From assembly GCA_963666315.2 (NCBI GenBank), contig CAXXHG010000005.1, forward strand, positions 1-64,000: 64,000 nt of DNA, read 5' to 3'. The translations under genes and the position numbers were made by a program. The first letter of the stretch is position 1, and every line of letters starts with the position of its first letter. A model generated the notes under the pieces. It had not been told where the DNA came from. It saw only the letters and a program-made list of their open reading frames with translations, and searched no databases. Below are positions 52,610-61,224 of this stretch, one piece after another. The DNA comes from Candidatus Binatia bacterium (GTDB lineage Bacteria > Desulfobacterota > Binatia > Bin18).

Positions 52610-52837
52610 ATGCGTAGGCAGATGCTGGCGCTAGTGCTGCTCTTATTGGTTTCCCCAGCAGGATGCGCAGTTCCCCAAGGCCAGAGTCCTGGCCTCTCCC
52701 GGGATGAGGATGCGGAGTCCCAGAGGACACGTGTGTACCACCGGCCCCGTTGGGGGATGGTGTATCCTCATAACATCGGCGGGTCGGGCGTCGTGGGTAT
52801 AGGAGGAATCGGTGGCGTGGGTGGGGTTTGCCGCTAA
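52610..52837 (+). CDS. Small putative lipoprotein with Gly-rich tail
   Basis: GAGGT RBS, MRR plus hydrophobic stretch plus PAGC lipobox-like motif. Confidence 0.5.
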   Translation: MRRQMLALVLLLLVSPAGCAVPQGQSPGLSRDEDAESQRTRVYHRPRWGMVYPHNIGGSGVVGIGGIGGVGGVCR

Positions 52838-52874
52838 AGTATACTAGAGAGAGCAAAGATCATAAGGGGAAACT

Positions 52875-52940
52875 ATGAGCAGCCCATCGTCCCAATTGCG
52901 CCATATTTGGAGCCCCCTTACCATTGGCAGCACGGTGGAA
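52875..52940 (+). pseudogene. N-terminal stub of an Old Yellow Enzyme-family oxidoreductase
   Basis: GGGGA RBS, MSSPSSQLRHIWSPLTIGSTV, then similarity stops. Confidence 0.5.
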
Positions 52941-53210
52941 GCCGGTTTGTGTGATCCCGAAAGCCCGCTGGCCTTCTTAACCCAGGGGGACAAGCTTCTA
53001 CTATCCCCGAAGCAGCCTACCGCTACTGCAGATATGAGCCTGGCGTACATGTAGTTTTGACTGGAACCGGAAACCCGGAGTATTTAAAAGCCAACGTAGG
53101 GTCGATTTTAAAGCCTCCGCTAGTTGAGGCGGATTTAGAGCGGCTTAGGAAAATCTTTAGCCAAGTGGACTCGGTTTCCGGGAATTAGTGGATGATCTTA
53201 GGGTAAAGTG

Positions 53211-53386
53211 ATGTCTACCCATGAAATTGAAACGGCTCGGTTACGATTACGCCCGTTTTCGCCGGACGATGTGGAAGACCTTCACCATCTAAAGCCAGGA
53301 TGACGTTCGAGAAGCGAGTATGCATTCATAGCTCGGATCTGATATTCTACACTATCTCGCGAGAAACTTTAAGGAGGGAGTCATGA
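53211..53386 (+). pseudogene. RimJ/RimL GNAT acetyltransferase with large internal deletion
   Basis: EIETARLRLRPFSPDDVEDLH joined out of frame to KARMTFEK...FYTISRE; stop overlaps the next ATG. Confidence 0.65.
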
Positions 53387-54615
53387 GCGTAAAGCCAATT
53401 ATTCAGCTCTATCCGGTTATCCCGGCGCCGGGAAAGGAACGTGAAACCCTGCGTCCCATCGGACGCAACAGCGAGCGCTACCAGCAGGTTATTCGCGACT
53501 GGGCCAAGCTGGCTCAGGCCGCCGACCAGCTGGGTTACTGGGGCTTTAGCACCATCGAGCACCACTTCCACTCTGAGGGCTACGAGGTCGGCCCCAATCC
53601 CGGTGTGCTGAACGCCTGGTGGGCCGGGCTGACGAAAAACCTGCGCATGGGAGCCCTGGGCTATGTCATGAGCACTCAGGACCCGGTGCGGGTGGCCGAG
53701 GAGTGCGCCGTTCTCGATCACATCCTGGAAGGACGCTTCTTTGCCGGGTTCGCCCGCGGCTACCAATCCCGCTGGGCTAACATTCTGGGCCAGCACTACG
53801 ATTCCAAAGCCACACTCTCGGATGGTTCTGGCGATGATGAGCGGAACCGTGAGATTTTTGAAGAACAAATGGACATTGTTCTGAAGTGCTGGACCGAGGA
53901 CGCAGTGTCGTACAACGGCAAGTTTTTCAAGATCCCCTATCCGTATGAGACCGGGGTTGAGGGCTATCCGGCCTATGAGCTGACGCGCAAAAGCGGCGCC
54001 CATGATGAAATCGGACCGAACAATGAGGTGCGCAAAGTCAGTGTGGTCCCTGCGCCCTATCAGAAACCTCACCCTCCGGTGTTTGTTGCCACCAGCGCCA
54101 GCAAGGACTCAGCCATCTACTGTGGGAAGAAGGGGTTTGTGCCCTGTTACTTTGCGCCGATTGACAAGGCGGTGGAACACGGCCAGGCCTACTGGGAAGC
54201 GGCGCAAGCGGCCGGGTATAACATCCGCTACGGCGAGGGACAGGCCCTGGTGCGCTGGATCCACATCAACAATTCGTGGGAGGAGTACCGGCAGTCGATC
54301 GCCAAGAACGACGTGGATATTTATGTGGACTTTTACTCCAAATTTTTCCCCAAGGCCTTTGACATCAGCAAGATTATGGCCGATCCCATACAGGCGGTGA
54401 TCGACTGTGGCTTATATGTAGGGGGTACTGTCGAGGACGTGCGCCAGCAGCTCCAGAGCCAGCTCGACCGTTTCCCGGTGGAGTACCTGGTGTTGATCTG
54501 GCACTGGGCTCAGCAGCCAACCCAGGATGTGCTGCGGGAGATGGAGGGCTTCGCCAAAGACGTGCTGCCCAGGCTTGATAACACGGGCGCGAGGGTGCAG
54601 GTAGCTTCAGCATAG
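53383..54615 (+). CDS. LLM-class flavin-dependent oxidoreductase
   Basis: IEHHFHSEG, DPVRVAEE.AVLDH, GFARGYQ, PYQKPHPP. Confidence 0.9.
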   Translation: MSVKPIIQLYPVIPAPGKERETLRPIGRNSERYQQVIRDWAKLAQAADQLGYWGFSTIEHHFHSEGYEVGPNPGVLNAWWAGLTKNLRMGALGYVMSTQDPVRVAEECAVLDHILEGRFFAGFARGYQSRWANILGQHYDSKATLSDGSGDDERNREIFEEQMDIVLKCWTEDAVSYNGKFFKIPYPYETGVEGYPAYELTRKSGAHDEIGPNNEVRKVSVVPAPYQKPHPPVFVATSASKDSAIYCGKKGFVPCYFAPIDKAVEHGQAYWEAAQAAGYNIRYGEGQALVRWIHINNSWEEYRQSIAKNDVDIYVDFYSKFFPKAFDISKIMADPIQAVIDCGLYVGGTVEDVRQQLQSQLDRFPVEYLVLIWHWAQQPTQDVLREMEGFAKDVLPRLDNTGARVQVASA

Positions 54616-54759
54616 GCTTCGGATGAGGCTAGGCTGAACAAGTAGAGGTGATTGGAGGTCAAACGAGAAAGTGACCCAATAACTCTATAGGGGAAGCAAA
54701 AAAACTATGGGCTGGGGAACTACAGCTCGCGTAGCATCCTTATTGGCGGCTCTGCTGCT

Positions 54760-54942
54760 TTAACGGCCGCGCGAGAGATGGATGAGGGGTTTATTAACGA
54801 TATGGCGGAAGCAGCCTATAATGCAGTGGTACAACCGACTTCTGAGCTGCACGCCGATGGCGAGTATAAGCAAGAGATGGCTCGGGTGTTCACTCGCCGG
54901 GCCCTCAGCACGGCGTTCGCGCGGGCGTCCCCCGGGAGCTAA
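54760..54942 (+). pseudogene. C-terminal fragment of a CoxM/xanthine dehydrogenase FAD-binding subunit
   Basis: AEAA...QPTSELHADGEYKQEMARVFTRRALSTAFARA. Confidence 0.65.
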
Positions 54943-55169
54943 GACGTTAGAGCAAGGCCAGCCCACAGAGTTTTGCCTCTCTCTCACCCCGCCCACGCCT
55001 CTGAGGTTACACTGCAACGGTGGGCCCCTGAGCGCGACCCCGGTCATTCGCCATACTCCCCAGGGCAGGACACTGGCGGTGATCTTTGTCTGTCGCGCAC
55101 ACTCTGGCAGGGGCGCGAGGCCCGAGGGGTGTACGAATTCTCCGAGTGGAGAAGAGAATAGGTTTTTTC

Positions 55170-55592
55170 CTACTTCCTATCCCCGACGAGATCGAAGTGG
55201 ACTTTGCGGGTCTTGAAGAGCCAGCGGTTCCCCTGTTTGACCAGTTGGTCTTCGTAGCGTCCGGCCAGACCATTGACCAGGACGCCTTCGCCCTTTGAGC
55301 GGAGGTGCAGAAGGTTGCTTTTTGCGGTCGCCTCATTACCGTTCACCTTAATAATCTCATTCATCACGTAGTGCTTCACCATCGGCAGGCCGTTGGTCAG
55401 GGGGATGGTCTTGAGGAAGGTGCGCAGAGCCTCTTTCCCTTTGTGCACGCCGTCCTCCCCGGCATCAAGAGTGCAATCCTCGGTGAACAGGTCCACCCAC
55501 TTGTCGAACTCTCCCCCATCGAAGTAATAACAGTAATTAGCGATGGTTTCACGGATGGCGTCTTTCTCTTCTAATACGGATGCCACAGTCAA
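55170..55592 (-). CDS. SnoaL-like / NTF2-family protein (LinA/scytalone dehydratase-like)
   Basis: AIRETIANYCYYFD, LFTED, KHYVMN, GRYED, WLFKTR; AAGGAGG RBS. Confidence 0.85.
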   Translation of the reverse strand: MTVASVLEEKDAIRETIANYCYYFDGGEFDKWVDLFTEDCTLDAGEDGVHKGKEALRTFLKTIPLTNGLPMVKHYVMNEIIKVNGNEATAKSNLLHLRSKGEGVLVNGLAGRYEDQLVKQGNRWLFKTRKVHFDLVGDRK

Positions 55593-55859
55593 CCTCCTTG
55601 GCGGCGTAAAATGTACGCGATGTTGTGACCCTTGCCCGAATTATCGTAACGCTAAAAATCGCCAGCGATGCTGTGAACCCTTTGCCGCCTGAGCACACAG
55701 TCAAGAACTTTGCACTGTTCAGTAAAAAAGTATTTACATTTTTGTGATAACAAGTATGTTGTTGAAAATCAAACGTTTTCCCTAAAAATCCCTGGTGGCT
55801 TGAGGTATCTGGACAGCAGGAAGGTTTGTGCTGTCCTAATACGACTTTGTTGACTAACG

Positions 55860-56041
55860 GATAAAGCGGTGTATCCTGCCTTCTGTGGGTACCCGGTGGG
55901 GCTTAGGCCAACAAGGACTGATGGAGTGTTCGATATGCTGTTCTGTCATCAAACCATCACCCCAATTGATCTACAAAACCTTGCATGAAACTGTTACCTA
56001 TGTGTCCGGTACATTTGTCACCCTTGACTCCGGTCCGCACA
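55860..56041 (+). mobile_element. IS481-like remnant (transposase C-terminus and right end)
   Basis: PVGLRPT..DGVFD.LFCHQ..IDL; end repeats TGTTACCTATGTGTCCGGT and TGTCACCCTTGACTCCGGT; terminal ACA next to a REP-like sequence (56042-56098). Confidence 0.7.
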
Positions 56042-56112
56042 CGGGGCGAGGGGAAGGATTTTCTCTCCTCTTTGAGAGGAGAGGGCTAGGGTGAGGAGTT
56101 GTTCTAGTAACG

Positions 56113-57087
56113 ATGATCGAAGTCGATAATGTAACCAAGCAATTTGGCCCTGTTCTCGCGGTCGATCGGGTCTCCTTTCATGTTGCCCGGGGTGAAGTTG
56201 TTGGCTTTCTCGGCCCTAATGGTGCCGGCAAGAGCACGGTCATGCGCATCCTTGCCTGCTTCTTTCCGCCTACCTCGGGGAAGGCCAGGGTAGGGGGGTA
56301 TGACGTGACCTCCCACTCGCTCGAAGTCAGGCGGATGGTGGGGTATTTCCCTGAAAAGGCTTCTGTTTACTCGGACCTGTCGGTGCGAGCCTTTCTCGGT
56401 TTTGTGGCCGAGGCCAAGGATGTGCCGCGCAGGAGGCGGGCGCAAGAGGTAGGACGAGTAATAGATAGCTGTGGGCTGAAAGAGGTACAGAACCGCATCA
56501 TCGGCCAGCTCTCTAAAGGCTATCGCCAGCGGGTGGGTATTGCCCAGGCCCTTACCAGCGATCCGGAGGTCCTCATTCTCGATGAGCCTACCATTGGCCT
56601 CGACCCAGAGCAGGTGGTGGAAATTCGCAAGTTTATCCGCGACCTTGGCAAGGAGCGAACGGTGATCCTTTCCACCCATATCCTGCCCGAGGTGAGTACG
56701 GTCTGCGACCGTGTCATTGTGATCAACCGCGGCAGGATCCTCACTTCGGAGTCGCTCAAAGAGTTGCGTGCCCAGCTTCAGCGCACCCGCCGGGTGCGGG
56801 TGGAGGTCGAGGGGCCGAGGGATCAGGCGGTGGAAGCGTTCTCCCGGCTGCCCGGGGTAGTGCGGGTAGAGGAGGATGGGCCGACTGAGGACCGTGAATT
56901 GCCGGCGGCCGGCGGCGGTCCTGTTAGCTTGGTTGTGGAATACGAGGGAGGAGATATCCACAATGAGGTGAGCCGCACGGTTCTGGAGCGAGGCTGGGGG
57001 CTGCTGGAGGTCCGCTCAGTGGAGCTGACCCTGGAGGACATCTACCTTAAGCTTATCCATGACTCCGGCAGAGCACGGGAGGAGTGA
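56113..57087 (+). CDS. ABC transporter ATP-binding protein (GldA-like)
   Basis: GPNGAGKST, LSKGYRQRVG, LDEPT, STH. Confidence 0.93.
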   Translation: MIEVDNVTKQFGPVLAVDRVSFHVARGEVVGFLGPNGAGKSTVMRILACFFPPTSGKARVGGYDVTSHSLEVRRMVGYFPEKASVYSDLSVRAFLGFVAEAKDVPRRRRAQEVGRVIDSCGLKEVQNRIIGQLSKGYRQRVGIAQALTSDPEVLILDEPTIGLDPEQVVEIRKFIRDLGKERTVILSTHILPEVSTVCDRVIVINRGRILTSESLKELRAQLQRTRRVRVEVEGPRDQAVEAFSRLPGVVRVEEDGPTEDRELPAAGGGPVSLVVEYEGGDIHNEVSRTVLERGWGLLEVRSVELTLEDIYLKLIHDSGRAREE

Positions 57088-57096
57088 GGTCTCATC

Positions 57097-57840
57097 ATGA
57101 AAGTGTGGTGTGTTTTCAAAAAAGAACTCCGCCTTTACTTCGGCTTGTTTATTGCCTATTCCCTGGCCGCCTCTTTTCTTGTCCTCTCCGGCTACTTCTT
57201 TTACACCGATATGATCTTTTATGACCTTTTTGGCACCTTCATGGATATCACCTCCTCACTCTGGCAGTATTACTTCCTCGACCTACGCTTCGTTGCCATG
57301 CTCATCATCCCGCTGCTCACCATGCGGCTGTTCGCCGAGGAGAAAAAGTTAGGGACCATCGAGCTTTTATGGACCTACCCCCTCAAGGACCTGCACATTA
57401 TCCTGGGGAAGTTTCTCGCCTGCGTTTTTATCTTTGAGCTCATGGTGGCCTGTACGCTGGTTTACCTGGTAATGTTTGCCTCCGTGTACACATTTGACTG
57501 GGGCCCACCGCTGGCCGGATATCTGGGAGTGGCTCTCCTGGGAGCGACGTTCATTGCCTGCGGCACCTTTATTTCCTCACTCACCGAAAACCAGGCGGTA
57601 AGCGCCATGTCTACCTATGGCTTGCTGGTTTTTTTCTGGTTCCTCACCTGGAACGAAGAGGCGCTGGGGCCGCAGCTCATTGGAATCGTGAGCCGCCTCT
57701 CTCTCTATGACCGCTTCGAGGACTTTGCCAAAGGAGTCATCAACACCAAGGATATCGGCTTTTTTGTGCTGGTAACGCTGTTGTTTCTCTATCTTACTCT
57801 GCGGTCGCTTGAGTCGCGCAAGTGGAGGGGCATGCGATGA
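57097..57840 (+). CDS. ABC-2 permease (GldF-like)
   Basis: PLLTMRLFAEEKKLGTIELL, LGKFLA, SSLTENQ; about six TM helices. Confidence 0.9.
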   Translation: MKVWCVFKKELRLYFGLFIAYSLAASFLVLSGYFFYTDMIFYDLFGTFMDITSSLWQYYFLDLRFVAMLIIPLLTMRLFAEEKKLGTIELLWTYPLKDLHIILGKFLACVFIFELMVACTLVYLVMFASVYTFDWGPPLAGYLGVALLGATFIACGTFISSLTENQAVSAMSTYGLLVFFWFLTWNEEALGPQLIGIVSRLSLYDRFEDFAKGVINTKDIGFFVLVTLLFLYLTLRSLESRKWRGMR

Positions 57841-59210
57841 TGTGGTTTGGCCGCGAGTCGGTCAGACGGTCCCTCCTTCTTGGGGTGGAGGTGGCGCTCA
57901 TCTTTGCGATCGTCGTCTCGCTGGAGGTCCTCTCGGCGCGCGGGAATCTGCGCTTTGACCTTACCCCCACCAAAAGGTATAGCCTCTCTCCGATCACCCA
58001 GAAGGCACTCAGGGCCCTTACCCAGGAGGTGGAGATTACGGCCTTTTATCGCCGGGGGAAGCGGTCGCAGTATGATGAACTCCTGGGTCTCATGGCCCAG
58101 GAGACTCCGTTCCTGAGCTATCGGCTGTTTGATCTCGATAGAACTCCGGGACTGGCGCAGCAGTATGGGGTCTACGCCTATGGATCCGCGATAGTGCAGG
58201 CCAAGGGAGGCCGCCGGATCACGATTCTGGTTACTGATGAGAAGAGGGTGCTCAGCGCCATCCTGCGTATCAGCCAGTCGATAAAAACCGTCTATTTCCT
58301 TTCTGGACATGGGGAAAGAGACCCCACCGATATGGGGGAGCGGGTGGGCTATGGGGTAGTGAGAAAAGTGCTGGAGACAGAGAACTACAGAGTTCGTTCC
58401 TTTCTTCTGCACCAGACAGGCAGGGTTCCACAGGATGCTGACCTGGTGGTGGTGAGCGGTCCCAAGGAAGAGCTGTCTGCAGCCGAGCTTGAGGCTCTCT
58501 CTGCCTACTTCTCTGCCGGCGGGAACGCGCTTTTTATGATTGATCCCTACACTGTGCCGGGGCTATGCCAGTATCTGGCCCGGTTTGGCTTTATTTTGGA
58601 TGAGGGGGTCGTGGTGGATACCCGGACCCACCTCGCCGGCGGGGATCCGTTGATGCCGGCCATCCCCACCTTTGCCGCAGAGGTTTTTCCCCGCAAACTC
58701 CAGGACTTGCCCATGATGCCGGTAGTGCGGCCGGTGCGTGTGCAGGATGGCAGGGCGCAGGCATTTGCCTTCTCAGGCCCGGAGAGCTGGGCGCAGAAGA
58801 GCCGGGAGCGGATAGAAAGGGGCGACCTGACATATCGCGCCGGGGAAGATCAGCGTGGCCCGGTGCCCGTTGCTGCAGTAGCCACGGTTGGCCGCACGGC
58901 CGATGAGGAGAGACGGGGAAAGATTGTGGTCTATGGTGATTCAGACTTTGTTGATAACGTCTACTGCCGTATTCCAGGCAACGTGGATCTCTTTATGAAC
59001 ACGGTGGGGTGGCTTTTGAGGAGAGAAGAGCTGGTCTCGACCGGCCGGTCGGTGAATGTGCCAGTCTCAGGAGGAGCAACCCTGGCTCAGAGTCTTTACC
59101 TCTCTCAGGTCCAGGCACGGATGTTCTTCTGGACCATGGTCGTCCTGGAGCCCAGCCTTATTTTCTTGGTGGGGATGGTTGTGTTCTTTCGTCGGAGAAG
59201 AAAAAGATGA
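57837..59210 (+). CDS. GldG-family ABC auxiliary protein
   Basis: FDLT..KRYSLS, YFLSGHGE, VYGDSDF, NTVGWL; TM helices at both ends. Confidence 0.88.
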   Translation: MMWFGRESVRRSLLLGVEVALIFAIVVSLEVLSARGNLRFDLTPTKRYSLSPITQKALRALTQEVEITAFYRRGKRSQYDELLGLMAQETPFLSYRLFDLDRTPGLAQQYGVYAYGSAIVQAKGGRRITILVTDEKRVLSAILRISQSIKTVYFLSGHGERDPTDMGERVGYGVVRKVLETENYRVRSFLLHQTGRVPQDADLVVVSGPKEELSAAELEALSAYFSAGGNALFMIDPYTVPGLCQYLARFGFILDEGVVVDTRTHLAGGDPLMPAIPTFAAEVFPRKLQDLPMMPVVRPVRVQDGRAQAFAFSGPESWAQKSRERIERGDLTYRAGEDQRGPVPVAAVATVGRTADEERRGKIVVYGDSDFVDNVYCRIPGNVDLFMNTVGWLLRREELVSTGRSVNVPVSGGATLAQSLYLSQVQARMFFWTMVVLEPSLIFLVGMVVFFRRRRKR

Positions 59211-59749
59211 GTCTCTCGGCTGAAGGGCGCCGCGTCGCCCTGTTGATGGTGGTAGCATTGGCGCTGGGGGGCTACACCTATCTCACTGCTCCAGAGAAAA
59301 AAGCGGCTGGCGGACCAGAGGAAGGTCCCGCCTCGCGCCGGGTCATAGAGTTTAACCCCCAGCGAGTGACGAAGGTGGAGATCTCCCACGAAGGAGAGAG
59401 CCTCATCTGCCGGCGCACCGCAGAGGGGTGGAAAGTAGAGCCCGGCATGAAAGCGCTGCGTGCCGGAGCGGTGGAGGATTTCCTCCAGAGCATTGGGGAG
59501 CTCGTGGAGATAGGAGAGATGGGGGAAGGGATGGAGAGACTCTCCGAGTATGGGCTTGATCACCCAACCTCACACATCTTACTCCAGATCGAAGGGGACG
59601 GCACACGCACCATTGTGCTGGGCAGCCATAACCCGGTGCAGACGAGTGTTTACGCCCGGGTCGGCAACTCCCCACGGGTGGTGCTGATTGGGTCGGTGAT
59701 CCTCTGGGACATGCGCAAGCTGTTTCTCACAGCTGGCACCAGGGGCTAA
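59207..59749 (+). CDS. DUF4340-domain protein
   Basis: N-terminal TM, EYGLDHP, LG..NP...VYAR; ATGA overlap with the GldG-family gene. Confidence 0.8.
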   Translation: MSLSAEGRRVALLMVVALALGGYTYLTAPEKKAAGGPEEGPASRRVIEFNPQRVTKVEISHEGESLICRRTAEGWKVEPGMKALRAGAVEDFLQSIGELVEIGEMGEGMERLSEYGLDHPTSHILLQIEGDGTRTIVLGSHNPVQTSVYARVGNSPRVVLIGSVILWDMRKLFLTAGTRG

Positions 59750-59913
59750 GATTGAGCCAGGGCCTGCCTCGCCTCTCCGCTAGCCGTTTTGGGCTCTCGA
59801 AGGCAGTCGGCACGGGGCCGTTGGCGCAATTCTTGACTTCTCAACGGCCATGCCTCGGAACTTCTTAATCATCTTGGGTTTACCTCTGAGTAGGTTGACC
59901 CTAGGCGGTGGGC

Positions 59914-60837
59914 TTACTCTCCACCCCGCTCCAACGGGGAAATCACGCCGAGTTGTTGCAGAAAGCCCAGGTCGTCACGACTCGTCCAGAGTTCCACAAT
60001 CTTGCCCTCGGCAAGGCGGTAGATGTATATCCCCGTCAACGTGACGCGCTTGCCGGTCGGGGCGATGCCCATGAACGCCCCTTGATGGGTGCCCACCGTT
60101 GTCCAGCGGGTCACCACCTTATCGCCTGTGACAATCTGGTCTTCAATGGTGATGTGCATATCAGGAAAGGCCGTCCGAAACCCTGGCACCGCTCGCTTGA
60201 GAGCCTCACGTCCACGCACATCCCCGGCGGGCTCGTGGAACACGAAGTCGGACGCAAACAACTCGTCCACGACGGCGAGGTTGCCCTGGTTGATGCCCTC
60301 TTCAAACCACCGACGGATGATGGCCGTGTGCTCTTCCGCGCTCCGCTTTGGGGCTGCCGTCTGTTCCCCAATCAAATGCACGTCACCATAGACGCGATTC
60401 CTTTTCACCTTGCCTCGCTCATCAAATTCAAGGAAAAAAACGATGGGCAGCTTCACAAATGTACCAGCCTCTTTGTGCGTTCCCTGCGCGACGCCCTCCC
60501 ACACAGCACGCCTACCTTGAATCGTCCTGCTGTGTTCGATGTGTGTCCAAGCAGCCCGAAAGTTCTCAAATCCTGCGAAAAACTTTTGTAACGCTTCTCT
60601 CCCTCTTTGAGTCCCTGACGCGCCAAATGGATGGTATTGCACACCGTCTTTAGCGAATAAATGGGCGACAGCGACCGGATCATTACGCGGTGGCATATTG
60701 GCATTGAGAATCCCAAGCCACTTGGTGGGCATGGCGTCAGTAGTCTGTGCACGGACCGTTGTGGGCGTAACAACAGCCATGAGGCATGCGCAGGCACCAA
60801 TCAAGGTTATGATTGCCAGATAACGCGTACATTTCAT
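59914..60837 (-). CDS. Secreted tandem SnoaL-like / ester cyclase protein
   Basis: Signal peptide (..VRA), two NTF2 domains; the second has AFPD, GTHQG.FMGIAPTGK, GKIVE. Confidence 0.85.
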   Translation of the reverse strand: MKCTRYLAIITLIGACACLMAVVTPTTVRAQTTDAMPTKWLGILNANMPPRNDPVAVAHLFAKDGVQYHPFGASGTQRGREALQKFFAGFENFRAAWTHIEHSRTIQGRRAVWEGVAQGTHKEAGTFVKLPIVFFLEFDERGKVKRNRVYGDVHLIGEQTAAPKRSAEEHTAIIRRWFEEGINQGNLAVVDELFASDFVFHEPAGDVRGREALKRAVPGFRTAFPDMHITIEDQIVTGDKVVTRWTTVGTHQGAFMGIAPTGKRVTLTGIYIYRLAEGKIVELWTSRDDLGFLQQLGVISPLERGGE

Positions 60838-61224
60838 AGTTACCTCCTCGGAACGGTCTACAACTTTTGCACCCCGCACGCCAGCTTGCAGTGCACTGCC
60901 CCGTCTGAGGGGATTGACAACATATCAGTCTTTATCTTATTGTACAGCATATTGACTTAATAGACTTAAAAATATATCTAGTAGATATCCAGTGAGTCTC
61001 ATAATTATACTGTAAAGAAGGTGGGGGTGGGAGTTTTAGGAGTATGTTCTTAAAGTACCTGGTGGCCTGAGAGTAGGTGGACGAAAGGAAGCTCTCGTGT
61101 TGTTCTCAGGACATGCAGCAGCACTTTAAGATGTTTGTTTCCCGGGTCCCCATGAGAGTATTCACGTAAAAAAACTAATTTGACAGTCCACTTAGGAACG
61201 ACAAGAGGGTAAGGGGGAAAAATT

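Noticed and set aside
59772-59783. CCTCTCCGCTAG resembling the tRNA-Ser 3' end (possible attR)
   Set aside because: Only 11 of 12 nt match in GC-rich DNA, and no integrase lies next to the tRNA
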